Shown: positions 45,348-55,100 of the stretch, piece after piece
Numbering within the stretch: the stretch's first letter is position 1
Layout of the letters: every line of letters begins with the position of its first letter
Origin: a virus
Lineage: Duplodnaviria > Caudoviricetes
Length of the DNA: 64,000 nt
Direction: 5' to 3' (one strand)
Virus record (IMG/VR): IMGVR_UViG_3300043174_000028
Span: 5,902 to 69,901 of that record
Notes under the pieces: model-generated
The model's input: only the letters and a program-made list of their open reading frames with translations
What the model was told of the DNA's origin: nothing
Databases searched by the model: none
Position numbers and translations under genes: made by a program

Positions 45348-45839
45348 TCAAACCGTATCGCCCACCACTAGCAGACGTATCAGGGCATGGAAGTTGGCAG
45401 GAGTGTTTGGTTCGATTGTTCGCTTGATCCAAATGCCCCGATACCCTCCACCTGCACCTAGCGTACCGAGATCCAACGCACTACCAGCATCAATGGCTCG
45501 GGAAAAGGTCACACCATTGGGGATGTCGGTAGGGTACTGCTGCTGCAGCTCGGGAATGCTGGCAGCCAGGCTGCTGATGCCCAGTTCAATATGCATCGTT
45601 GAACCAAGGGAAATGGTCTGCAGGTAGGTATGGACCTCGTTGAGCGCATCGGCAACCGAGTTGTTCACTACGTACAGGCAGTGATGATCCACCAGACCGG
45701 ACAGAGCTTGCTGACCTGTGACACGGGTAAGGAAGTTGTCCGAGACTCCGAAGATGATCTCGTTCTGCAGGTCAGGCAGTCCTCCAAGATTGCCTCCTTG
45801 AGAACCATAAAACTTGATGTCGCTTTTGAGTACGCTCAT
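45348..45839 (-). CDS. Hypothetical virion-associated protein
   Basis: 163 aa; DIKFYGS, YRGIWIKRTI motifs; structural-gene context. Confidence 0.6.
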   Translation of the reverse strand: MSVLKSDIKFYGSQGGNLGGLPDLQNEIIFGVSDNFLTRVTGQQALSGLVDHHCLYVVNNSVADALNEVHTYLQTISLGSTMHIELGISSLAASIPELQQQYPTDIPNGVTFSRAIDAGSALDLGTLGAGGGYRGIWIKRTIEPNTPANFHALIRLLVVGDTV

Positions 45840-45847
45840 TGGAGTTC

Positions 45848-46027
45848 TCAGGATCCCGAAGTCGTAGTGAAACCAAAGTTCAGTTCAGTGCTGAAACCAC
45901 TGTACACAGGAAAACCAAACACAATGTCCCACTGCAAGTGATTTGGAATGCTGTAGCTGAGTCCAGTGTTAGCCACGATGTAGTGACTTGTACTGAATCC
46001 AGTCTCTAGTTCAATTTCCAGGATCAT
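45848..46027 (-). CDS. Hypothetical protein (59 aa)
   Basis: ATGA coupling with the 46024 ORF; MILEIELETGFS... Confidence 0.5.
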   Translation of the reverse strand: MILEIELETGFSTSHYIVANTGLSYSIPNHLQWDIVFGFPVYSGFSTELNFGFTTTSGS

Positions 46028-46218
46028 TTGCCTTTACGCATGGTCTTGAATGCTTTGGCCAAGCCACATTGCTTGGCAGTAGTTCCCGTGTGCTTCTTGG
46101 CACAGAACTCTGAAATGCTCTTCTTGGCTTTCTTGGCTTTGGCAGTCAGCGCACCAGGACGCTTGATGACTTCATCCCTGGGTTTGCCGAAGAGTGTGCC
46201 TTTGCTCATGGCTAGCAC
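46024..46218 (-). CDS. Small Lys-rich basic protein
   Basis: IKRPGALTAKAKKAKKS motif; very basic. Confidence 0.6.
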   Translation of the reverse strand: MLAMSKGTLFGKPRDEVIKRPGALTAKAKKAKKSISEFCAKKHTGTTAKQCGLAKAFKTMRKGK

Positions 46219-46265
46219 TTCTTGCCGCCACCGCCCTTACCCTTACCACCTTTGCTCTTTTTCAT
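46212..46265 (-). CDS. 17-aa Lys/Gly micropeptide MKKSKGGKGKGGGGKKC
   Basis: GAGGAG RBS at normal spacing; 3' end overlaps the next gene's start. Confidence 0.55.
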   Translation of the reverse strand: MKKSKGGKGKGGGGKKC

Positions 46266-46282
46266 GGCTTTACTCCTCTGAA

Positions 46283-46519
46283 TTAACGCGGGGGGCCATA
46301 CCCCCGCCCTTTGCCGTATTTGGATTTCTCCGGTGACTTGCCATCCTTCCGGGTGCGAACCCAATCACCTCGGGCGATGGCTTTCTTGTCGCTAGCCGAT
46401 GGAGACCTCACTGCCACAATCTCATCACCACCGCGCTTCTTCTTGGCCTTGGCTTGCGCCGCAGAGGAAGCAACGATAGCGGTGTTGCGGCCTTTGAAGT
46501 AATAAAGCTTCTGGCTCAC
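46283..46519 (-). CDS. Small basic protein (78 aa)
   Basis: GTGA overlap with the fibre gene; K/R/G-rich. Confidence 0.55.
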   Translation of the reverse strand: MSQKLYYFKGRNTAIVASSAAQAKAKKKRGGDEIVAVRSPSASDKKAIARGDWVRTRKDGKSPEKSKYGKGRGYGPPR

Positions 46520-47559
46520 GGCCCCATCCTGGCTTCAAGCGCGGCCACCTTGGCGCTGAGTTCTTTGACGGCTTCTACAAGCAAAGCCGTTATCTGGTGC
46601 CCTAGTTGAATGCTCAGGTAGTTTTCTCCGCTCTTTGACTCGCCCTTTTCGTCGCAGTCAAAACCGGCACGCGAAACAATCTGCGGAAATACTTGCTGGA
46701 CTTCCTGGGCAAGCAAACCCGTGTCCGCCCCGGTAGAAGGCTGCGGTCCGCCTTCTTTCCAAACAAAGTCGTATCCGGTGATTTTTGACAAACGCTCCAT
46801 CGGGTTTGAAATTGCGACTTTATTATCCTTGAGGCGCGCATCAGAAGCGTTCGGCGTCAAGTTGCCATTGACGATTACGTTTCCTGCCCTATCACATTGA
46901 AGAAGCCAACTTGAAAACCCGCCAGCAGCAAGAGTTGTAGCAAAACCAATAATTCCGTCAGTGTTTCCAGGGGTTTCATTGAGGTAGCTCCAGAATGCCT
47001 GCGCCTTGCTGTTTATGAAATGGTTAACAGCAGGAACAGATGCTTTTCTAACAATTTGAATTATTGGAGTTTGACCACCCCCGGAGTCGTGATCAATAAT
47101 AGGTCCGCTAGGGCAAATGCCGTCCGTAATGCTAAACCGAATTGCAGAAGTAAAAGTCGCCCCGGCATCATCTACGGCGCCGACAACTGTGCCATTTATT
47201 AAAGGAGCAAGCGACGAACGCTTGAAACCAGACGGCCGCGTTGGATGATTAACATCGAACCTTTCGGCAGCAGTAACCTTTGGTACAAGCAACTCGCCGG
47301 TCATTGTGTCGCCAGACACGTTCACATATCGCGCATCAGCAGCATCCCGATTCATTGCCTCTTTCGCGGCTGTAGCATCAGGCACAATCAACGGGCCGGT
47401 CATGGTGTCGCCGGTCTTGGCAACCTTGTCTGACGCAAGCTCGTAGCCGTTGATACCTTCAATCGTCTTGGCCGTGCTGTCGATTTGCAGTGCGTTCTCG
47501 GCAGCCGTGCCCAGGAGGACTTTGGTGCCGTCGGCGGATGCGGTGAGTTTGGCGGACAT
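46516..47559 (-). CDS. Tail fibre/spike with C-terminal peptidase S74 intramolecular chaperone
   Basis: SDARLKDN, GLLAQEVQQVFP, LLVEAVKEL; TGDTMTG repeats. Confidence 0.85.
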   Translation of the reverse strand: MSAKLTASADGTKVLLGTAAENALQIDSTAKTIEGINGYELASDKVAKTGDTMTGPLIVPDATAAKEAMNRDAADARYVNVSGDTMTGELLVPKVTAAERFDVNHPTRPSGFKRSSLAPLINGTVVGAVDDAGATFTSAIRFSITDGICPSGPIIDHDSGGGQTPIIQIVRKASVPAVNHFINSKAQAFWSYLNETPGNTDGIIGFATTLAAGGFSSWLLQCDRAGNVIVNGNLTPNASDARLKDNKVAISNPMERLSKITGYDFVWKEGGPQPSTGADTGLLAQEVQQVFPQIVSRAGFDCDEKGESKSGENYLSIQLGHQITALLVEAVKELSAKVAALEARMGP

Positions 47560-47572
47560 GTGCAATCTCCTA

Positions 47573-47848
47573 TCAAGCGATTCTCTGTTTAATCAGAGAA
47601 CCCGTGCGATACAGGCTACCAACAGGAACGCCACCCGCCGCCGCAGCAGCGTCGTCTGCGTAGTCAGCAAGCTGCGGAAAGCCACACCGCCCTGCCGCGT
47701 CTACCGTAATGATGTTCTGCGTGGTGGCATCCGCATTACCACGGGCTAGAACCATGCTTCCGTCGTCAGCGGACGCATCCAGCACGAAGTTGTGAGCAGG
47801 CGTAGTGCTCAAGCCGAGTTGAGCTTTGTTGGATTTGATGACGCTCAC
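47573..47848 (-). CDS. Small tail-fibre-associated protein
   Basis: YADDAAAAAGGVPVGSLYRTG motif; context. Confidence 0.6.
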   Translation of the reverse strand: MSVIKSNKAQLGLSTTPAHNFVLDASADDGSMVLARGNADATTQNIITVDAAGRCGFPQLADYADDAAAAAGGVPVGSLYRTGSLIKQRIA

Positions 47849-48126
47849 GGCTTTGACTCCCTGAGTAGCTTCTTGAGTTCCGTTACCGACAGGCCGAGCG
47901 CAGCAAGCCGCTGCTCAAGCGTCGGTGGCGGTGGTGGTACATGGGGCGGTGGGTCTGTCACGGTCAGCGTGCCGTCTGCCGCAATCGTTGGAATCCTGCC
48001 GTTCGACTGCGCCTCGAAGAACTGGTCGTAAGTTGACTGGTCAATCTCAACGGCATCGGCTGGAATGTTTGCCCCGTGGATGCTATCGAGGTAGAAGCCT
48101 TTTGTGCTGTGCGCGTACTTGTACAT
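47845..48126 (-). CDS. Tail fibre assembly chaperone
   Basis: FYLDSIHG.NIP.DAVEI...GRIPTI..DG motif; follows a fibre gene. Confidence 0.7.
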   Translation of the reverse strand: MYKYAHSTKGFYLDSIHGANIPADAVEIDQSTYDQFFEAQSNGRIPTIAADGTLTVTDPPPHVPPPPPTLEQRLAALGLSVTELKKLLRESKP

Positions 48127-48127
48127 G

Positions 48128-49237
48128 TCAGTGCCCCGTAGCTATCCATGAAACGCCGATATTTACCGCAGCCATATTCGGGTTGCGTGTATAGATAGAA
48201 AATGTACTTTTCACCGCTCCGTTGTAACTAACACTGATATTGTTAGGCGAATCAATTACTGCTAACGCTATCTGAAACACGCCATTAGGGAATGCTATTG
48301 GAAACGTCGCAGTTGCATCACCCGGGCCTGCGGTTAATACAGAACCCCATTGCGTGATAACGCCGCTTTTAGGATCGACTATATAACCGTTGGCGGCCTT
48401 ACTAAAAGTATTCCCCTCCCAGGCTGCCCCGTCTGCAAGCGTGATGTTCCCATAGACGACAGCAGCGCCAAGTTCTGCTCGTAATTTCTTGCTGCCCCAG
48501 GGCGTTGAAATGGTTCCAGGATTTAAGCATTTTGAGTTCAGCAACATTCCAAAATTCGTGGCGACATTTTGGCGCAGCGTTAGCGTTTTGCCGCTAAGGT
48601 TCAAGTTTTCAACAATTAACAATGTGCTTCTGGCTGCAGATTCAAGCATCAAATTATCGATAAGCGTTAACCTTTCGCAATTCAAAACGCATATACCCGC
48701 AGTGTCGCATTTGATTAACGACGGCGACATGCTTGCTACGGACCCAAACCATAAAAGAGCATTATAGTTTGTAGTATTAAACACCAAATTGATGTTATCC
48801 AAGCGCAATTCGGTGCTGCCCTGAATCTGTCCGTTAATCGTGACGGCCTGGCCGTTACCTTTCAGCGTGATTACGGCAGATGACGACTGAAATAAGATGT
48901 TGCCGTTTACCGTATGCGGGCCTGCGCCGAAGTTTATTGTTAGCGCCCTTACATTTATGCGACTGTTCACCCAAGTGACGGCAGACAGCAGATTATCGAA
49001 TGCGTCACCTGAGCCGTTACCGTCTCCAACAGGATCAGCAGGATTTGCAGAGCCAGTCGTAGCGACGTTAAGCGTTAGCGTGTCGAAGTTGATAGCGACG
49101 AACCTGTGTCGGCTCTTGAGGCTCTTGGTTGCATCGACAAAGCCTTCATTGTCAATGGTCAGCGCCACAGGCGAACCGTCAGGCGCATTGATTTGCGCCA
49201 CGTCGATGCCGTTAGTTCCATCAATCTTGACTGACAT
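48128..49237 (-). CDS. Tail fibre / receptor-binding protein
   Basis: C-terminal GYIV.P.SGVITQWG...TFPIAFPN...SWIATGH domain; AT-richer central part. Confidence 0.75.
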   Translation of the reverse strand: MSVKIDGTNGIDVAQINAPDGSPVALTIDNEGFVDATKSLKSRHRFVAINFDTLTLNVATTGSANPADPVGDGNGSGDAFDNLLSAVTWVNSRINVRALTINFGAGPHTVNGNILFQSSSAVITLKGNGQAVTINGQIQGSTELRLDNINLVFNTTNYNALLWFGSVASMSPSLIKCDTAGICVLNCERLTLIDNLMLESAARSTLLIVENLNLSGKTLTLRQNVATNFGMLLNSKCLNPGTISTPWGSKKLRAELGAAVVYGNITLADGAAWEGNTFSKAANGYIVDPKSGVITQWGSVLTAGPGDATATFPIAFPNGVFQIALAVIDSPNNISVSYNGAVKSTFSIYTRNPNMAAVNIGVSWIATGH

Positions 49238-49247
49238 GCTCGCCCCC

Positions 49248-49703
49248 TTAGACCACGGTCCAAACCGAACCCGGTTCGACCGTCACGCTGAATCCAGCAG
49301 ACACAATAACAGGACCGAACGATCCACCATTGGATCCTGACTTCACCACAATGTCTTCGTCTACTGTCTGGGAATTGTAGAAGACAGCTTTGTTTTCTTC
49401 CCGGCCATACATCTGGCCACTGCCGCCCACTTCATCCCAGTGAGACTTGTCCCAAGGCGCAGCAGTAACGGCTGCTCTTGCCCTAAAGATCTTGCCATTG
49501 CGGGCTATCAGGCTGTCCTTGGCGTAGTTGGAATCTTCCGAGAAGTAACGAACCACCAGAAGATCTAAAGCCAGCTTGTTGCTGTCGATGACTCCTAGCT
49601 GCTTGTCAGGCCAGTTGACATAAAGCTCTCCCGGTTCATGTGAACCAGAAGCAGGGCGGCTTCCTGTAACTGAGCTTCTAGCTACTTGAACTCGATTAGT
49701 CAT
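49248..49703 (-). CDS. Tail-associated protein
   Basis: GELYVNWPD, RNGKIFRARAAV, FYNSQTV motifs. Confidence 0.65.
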   Translation of the reverse strand: MTNRVQVARSSVTGSRPASGSHEPGELYVNWPDKQLGVIDSNKLALDLLVVRYFSEDSNYAKDSLIARNGKIFRARAAVTAAPWDKSHWDEVGGSGQMYGREENKAVFYNSQTVDEDIVVKSGSNGGSFGPVIVSAGFSVTVEPGSVWTVV

Positions 49704-49721
49704 AGGTGTGTACCTTCAGTG

Positions 49722-50132
49722 TCAATACCGACCCAAATCTATTTGTCCCGTTTTCCACGGAAAGCCTTTGTCTGTACTGCTAACCAGAATTTGATTGGCT
49801 TTGGTTGCTTGCGGAACTGCGGCACTGCCGTTCAGAGAAGAAGGTGAACTGGCAACTTCTTCCCAGATATTGTTGGAAGTGTATGCCTTGAGCGTTGGTT
49901 TGGTCGTAGCCGACATGGTGGAGAGATCCAACCAAAGCTCTCCAACCCTTGGATTGTTGGGTGCTACGACACCATAGAACACAGGCGTACTGTTAACCGG
50001 GAGAACTTCATCATCGAACATGGTTGCAATGACTTGCCCTACGTTGGCAGGAGTCTTTGCAACAACCACATCACCGCTCTGCACGGACAGAGCAGGAATG
50101 TAAGTGGCTACTCGCAGGTTTTGAGAAGACAT
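49722..50132 (-). CDS. Tail-associated protein
   Basis: APNNPRVGELWLD motif; C-terminal DLGRY. Confidence 0.6.
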   Translation of the reverse strand: MSSQNLRVATYIPALSVQSGDVVVAKTPANVGQVIATMFDDEVLPVNSTPVFYGVVAPNNPRVGELWLDLSTMSATTKPTLKAYTSNNIWEEVASSPSSLNGSAAVPQATKANQILVSSTDKGFPWKTGQIDLGRY

Positions 50133-50142
50133 GTTTTAGTCC

Positions 50143-51081
50143 TCACGGATAAGTGCCACAGTCAATGGTTACGTCTTCCAGGTTCACGTTGGAGATGGTG
50201 GAAAACGCAGCATCTCCGCCATCGATGATGACCACCTTGTTGGCGGCTGCAGTCCAGTTCATCGTCATGCCAGCATGAATGGCATTCACGCCTGCGACAT
50301 TCACAAAGGCTGCCGGATCAATGTCTCCCTGGATCACATCCCAACGGGTGCCGTTCCAAAAGAGCATGTCTCCACGAGAAGTTGTCGTACCTGGATTCTC
50401 AATCTGAGCAGTCCAGGTAGCGTCAATGGTGCCGTCCGTGTTGCTGATGCAGAACGAACCAATAACCAGAGTGGAGTTCTGGAACTTGTAGTGCAATGTC
50501 AGGTTGACTGAACCAAGATACTGAACAGTTGCAGGCAGAGAGAGAAAGCGATTGTCAATCTTGCCGCTGGTAGTGGTCATTACCAACTTGTGTACGTTGT
50601 TGGCACTATTCAGCGAATCTGGTTTAACCAGAATGCGGCTAGCTAGTCCTGCGGGAGAGATGGCTTTGCGAGTCTCTGTTCCTGCTTGGATCTCGGCAGC
50701 ACTAGCAAACTCAGTAGCAGAACCAAGAGGAGCCCAGTCAGCATCCGCTCCACCTGCCCCGATCTTGACGTAGGCAGTCTGTCCGTATTCGGCAATGACG
50801 ATAGAAGTCGTAGGCTTGTTAGCCAAACTGCCCCAAGCAACGCCAATGCCTGTAGCTGAACCAACAGTACCTCCAGGCAGAGAGACGGAACCAACAGTAA
50901 TCGGTACATCCGGATTAACTTCTCGCCAACCTACACCATCAAAGATGAACATTGTTGGCTTATCGGTAGCACCCGCTACTCCGGGCATGTTGAACGCAAT
51001 AGTTCCTTCTAGGGCTCCTACAGTGCTCGGAGAACCGGGAGTGCCGTTGATCTTGCGTAGAAATTGAATTTCGGTAGCCAT
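50143..51081 (-). CDS. Tail-associated protein
   Basis: EFASAAEIQAG, YLGSV, GDMLFWNGTRW, C-terminal IDCGTYP. Confidence 0.65.
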   Translation of the reverse strand: MATEIQFLRKINGTPGSPSTVGALEGTIAFNMPGVAGATDKPTMFIFDGVGWREVNPDVPITVGSVSLPGGTVGSATGIGVAWGSLANKPTTSIVIAEYGQTAYVKIGAGGADADWAPLGSATEFASAAEIQAGTETRKAISPAGLASRILVKPDSLNSANNVHKLVMTTTSGKIDNRFLSLPATVQYLGSVNLTLHYKFQNSTLVIGSFCISNTDGTIDATWTAQIENPGTTTSRGDMLFWNGTRWDVIQGDIDPAAFVNVAGVNAIHAGMTMNWTAAANKVVIIDGGDAAFSTISNVNLEDVTIDCGTYP

Positions 51082-51096
51082 CGAAATCTCTCCAAA

Positions 51097-51534
51097 TCAA
51101 GCCATGAATACGGTGGCTTCTTCTGCTCGACGGGCCACCAAACCAGAAAGGGTCACATGTCCTGCGTGAACCCACCGACCAAACTCGTGCGAAGCTCCTG
51201 TGAAGTCCTTGGCATTGATTAGCTTCAGCAGCGTGGACCCCTTGAATGCACCACAACCCAGGTTGTACACGAACGACACCAGTGCAGCGGCCTGATGCGC
51301 GGTCAGTTCAACCTTGACCGCCTTCCGCACGCAGCGGTAGGCGTCGCTGGCGGCATCCCGTAGCAGGTGGTCAGCCTCCTCCTCGGTGACTACCGTGTGC
51401 GGCGTCACGTTGCGCGTGGTCCCGTAGCCCACCGTCCACACGCCCACCGAGTCCTGGTAGGCGTGTGAACGGAAGCCCTCGAACTTCTTAATCATGGGCA
51501 GGGCCAAGTCGAGCACTTCGTTTTCGTTGTTCAA
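51097..51534 (-). CDS. Endolysin, GH24 phage lysozyme
   Basis: IKKFEG...YQDSVGVWTVGYG, ALVSFVYNLG, GLVARRAEE; GGAGG RBS and TTG start. Confidence 0.9.
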   Translation of the reverse strand: MNNENEVLDLALPMIKKFEGFRSHAYQDSVGVWTVGYGTTRNVTPHTVVTEEEADHLLRDAASDAYRCVRKAVKVELTAHQAAALVSFVYNLGCGAFKGSTLLKLINAKDFTGASHEFGRWVHAGHVTLSGLVARRAEEATVFMA

Positions 51535-51908
51535 TTTTCCTCCTGGCTCATGTCCCAGAGTTGATAGCCCAACTGACTCACTTGTGCCTGTACCCAACCA
51601 ATCTCCTCGTACAGATGCAACAAGTCCTCTCGTACCGATTGCCGCTCAAAATACTTGCGTCGTTCCTGTTGTTCACGGTCGATGAAGCTGACTTCCTGTT
51701 CGAGCTTAGACAGCCGCTCGTCCATTTCCAGTAGCTTCTTGCCCCACTCACGCAAGTTGCCCATGTCCGCGTGCAGCTCGGAGACGCGCTCATCCAGCGT
51801 GATGACCTTCTCCGCTGCCCACCCAATCATGGCAAGCAGCATCGCCATCGCCACGCTGACGATGGTGACGCCCAGGGGCGTTCGAGGTATCAGCGGTTCG
51901 TCAATCAT
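51531..51908 (-). CDS. Membrane-anchored coiled-coil protein in the lysis cassette
   Basis: One N-terminal transmembrane segment followed by a coiled coil. Confidence 0.55.
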   Translation of the reverse strand: MIDEPLIPRTPLGVTIVSVAMAMLLAMIGWAAEKVITLDERVSELHADMGNLREWGKKLLEMDERLSKLEQEVSFIDREQQERRKYFERQSVREDLLHLYEEIGWVQAQVSQLGYQLWDMSQEEN

Positions 51909-52107
51909 CTCCGCCTTCCTTTCCAGCAGACGGTGGCACGGCAATACCAGAGATGCCGCCCGCGCACACTGCCGCCAAGTTCAAGAGTGCTTCTGATGTC
52001 GTCTTGTCGAAGAACATCAGCACCACCTCCGCCGCAATGGCCGCTATCGCGATGGAACCCAACGCGAAGATGATGAGGCGGCGAGTGGCGGGGAGGAGGT
52101 GAACCAT
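51901..52107 (-). CDS. Putative holin (two transmembrane segments)
   Basis: 68 aa, two hydrophobic segments, charged C-terminus, next to the endolysin. Confidence 0.55.
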   Translation of the reverse strand: MVHLLPATRRLIIFALGSIAIAAIAAEVVLMFFDKTTSEALLNLAAVCAGGISGIAVPPSAGKEGGDD

Positions 52108-52109
52108 AT

Positions 52110-55100
52110 TTAACCCTTGTATACGCGCCATTCGGCCATGTTGTGCGTGTAACCAGAGAAGTAGATTGTTGTAGGCGGTTTAGCCGGGTCAATTTCTACC
52201 TGGTACCACATAGTAGCTGGCGTGCTATTCGAGTATTCGTATGTGGATTCCACCTTGATGAAGCACAATGCCGGATCACGCATGTCAATGAGCACTTTTG
52301 TGGAAAACCACTTCCCTGAAGCACTGTTTGTGAATGTAGCTCTCCAGAATCCCGGACCTCCCTCTTCAAACAGCCAATGTCCGTTGGCAGAGCCACCACC
52401 AATCTTGTTGTAACCACCGGCTGCTGTCATAGCCATGCCAGTCAAATTGCGAATATCGCCTTCGGCATACAGCGTTTTGTTGCCATAACGAGGAACGACA
52501 AACGCAGTCTCGGAACCAGGCACATAAGCAGGCAGTTTCCAGTAACCTTCCAGTCTAGTTACAACACCCTTTTGGATTGGGAACTCCTGACCGGACGCGC
52601 TCTGGCCGATGTTGATGCCTGGCGGCAACGTAGCCTGCGCATCGCCTGACATAGCCTTGAGCTGCTGCGTCAGGTCTGCCCCAGGATAGTCTTCATCGCC
52701 ACGGAACGAAGAAATGGCCTCAACGGACGCACTGTTGTTAGTCACTGTATGCAGCGTCAACGGGGCAAGCTTGTCAGGCGCTGCAGTCACGCGCACAGCA
52801 AACGCTCGTCCACGCAAAGCTGTGTTCTTAACAACGAACGTCAGCAAACCAACAGGGCCAGGCGCAAGCATGACGACTGTCTTGATGTTTTGGTTTTTGA
52901 CGTAAGCAATCGTTGGAGATACGTGGAAGTTAGAAGATGCCGCCGATGCAACATCGAACTCGTATGTGTTGCCGTCGGTGCCTTCTTCTGCAATCTCGAT
53001 GCGGTAGACACCAGCCGCCTCGACAAAGCCGCGCACCAAGCTGATCTTGTCATCAACATTAACAGTGTTGGGAATGACAACGCGAAAGTTGCGTACGTTG
53101 CCCCACTCAACTACACCAGTCACGGTATCAGCTTGCGGGCGAGGGGTAGCTGTACCCAATGTCCAGTCGGTTTGCGCCGTATCGGCAAAAGTAACCCAAC
53201 CCCCATGATCGGCAGCAGCATCTCCAGTCCACATAGCTACGTGGTTGCCAGAAGCGAATGCCATTCCGGTGAAGTGACCGGCAGTCGGCCTGGCCACAGG
53301 AGCAACGGGGAACTGGCTCCCGGGATTGCCGTTGGGAATGATAAGCCAGCCGTCGAGGACTTCGCGGTTGTTTCCATCCCTGCCAGAGAACCAAGACAGG
53401 CCCGTATAAACAAACAGGGTATTTTCTGCCCAGTAGCGGCCTTCGAACTTCGTACCCGGAAGCTGCCCGATTGGAATGGCGACACCTCCTGGGAAAGTGA
53501 CTTTGATTGTCTGGCCAAGCACAGGTGAAACAAGACCATTACCGATACTGATGGCGTCAGGCCATTCCTCATAATTGCTGCCGCTGGAAACGCTTTGCAG
53601 CGTAAAAGCAGGCGGTACCTGTACCTGGTAATAATCACCAATGGTGTTAGTTGCACCATTCTGATTAAACGTCAGCAGATTAACTTTACCTGCCACCTGT
53701 CCAATGGACAGATCACCTAGCTTGGTATGACTTGCCTTGACCCAGTGCCCAGTAATTGAATTGGCTACTGGATTGGTAGTAACGGAGAATCGAGCAATAG
53801 CTCCGGACAAACGATCAAAGTAAGCATCACCATTCTGCGGTTGAATGCCTTGCGGGAAAGTCCCTGCAGGCATACCCCAGTTATGCGCCTGATCAGTGTG
53901 CGCAGGATCAAAGTCACCAGCACCGAAGAAAGTGCGAGTCACTGCACCAGAACTGCCACCCCCAATCTGTTGCCAGTACGCTGCAGAGACGGGATCAGCC
54001 GGATCAGGAATGTTTGCAGGAACCATCTGGGTAGCACGATAGAAACTGTTGGTGGCTCCCCAATAGACAATGGCATTGATCTGGTACTGACGAGCAGACC
54101 ATGCCATGTTTCCACGCACTACAGACCAGTATTCATCAACAGACCAGGAACCTGCCTGTCCTGCACTCGCAGGACCAGTCCAGCGTCCCCATTGGTTCTC
54201 TGCCACGGCATAGCCCAAGGCATTAGCCAGCAAAGGAGCTGCCGCCTGCATGGCAGCAACATCCGGATAGACAACGATAGGATGTTCTGCCCTGGCAACA
54301 ATGTCGATATACCCATTGCTGGTGACATCCCAGCGATACAGCGCCGGATTGCCATTCATCCTCTGGGAACGGGCTACGAATACCAGCGTGGATTCCAGCG
54401 GAGGAGTGCGTGGTAGCTGCGTGTCGTCATCCACGTGGATGATTCCCGACTCCAGCACCAGCTCAGTCCACTTGTTGGTTCCAGCCGAAGGAGTGAAGGT
54501 GTAGGTCGGTGGCGTAGTGGGCCTTGGCTGCCTGTCAGGCACGTGCACTGCCGCGGGAGGCGTAGGCGCATTCACGCCATTGATCTGATGGTTGGTGCCA
54601 CCCTGACCCACAAACTCCGGAGCCCCCAACCGGGCACCGTTCGGCACCTTGATCCAAACAGGCCCAGTAGCACTGGACAGAACCAAGGCATCAAAGGCTG
54701 CCATGGGCAGCAAGGAAGCAAAGTTCCCCAGGCTAGGCGCATTGCGCCATGTGGGGTACTCGGTATCCATCGAGCCCACGGTGAGCTGGCTAGCCGTAAT
54801 GGCCCACCAGGAACCCACTGCCTGCGGAATAGTTGCCTGAGCCAACAGCTGCCCGGCATTGAGACCGCTGCTGATGGTAGTGACCATGCCCGGATAATTG
54901 GGATTACCCAAGGACACGGGATCCTGAACGATGGTCACTCCACCCGTAGACTTGACGATGCTGTAACCACCCGTCCCCTGAGACGGATCCTCCAGCACCA
55001 TGATCGTTGAACCAGAAGGAATTACTCCTCCACCAGCCGCTATGGGCGCATTCACTGCGGAAGTGATCTGAGCCCAGGTACCTGCCGTCGCTGCGGACGG

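Noticed and set aside
51097-52107. Apparent lack of spanins in the lysis cassette
   Set aside because: The 51531..51908 product could be an i-spanin-like protein, and a small lipoprotein ORF could be missed by eye; evidence is insufficient.
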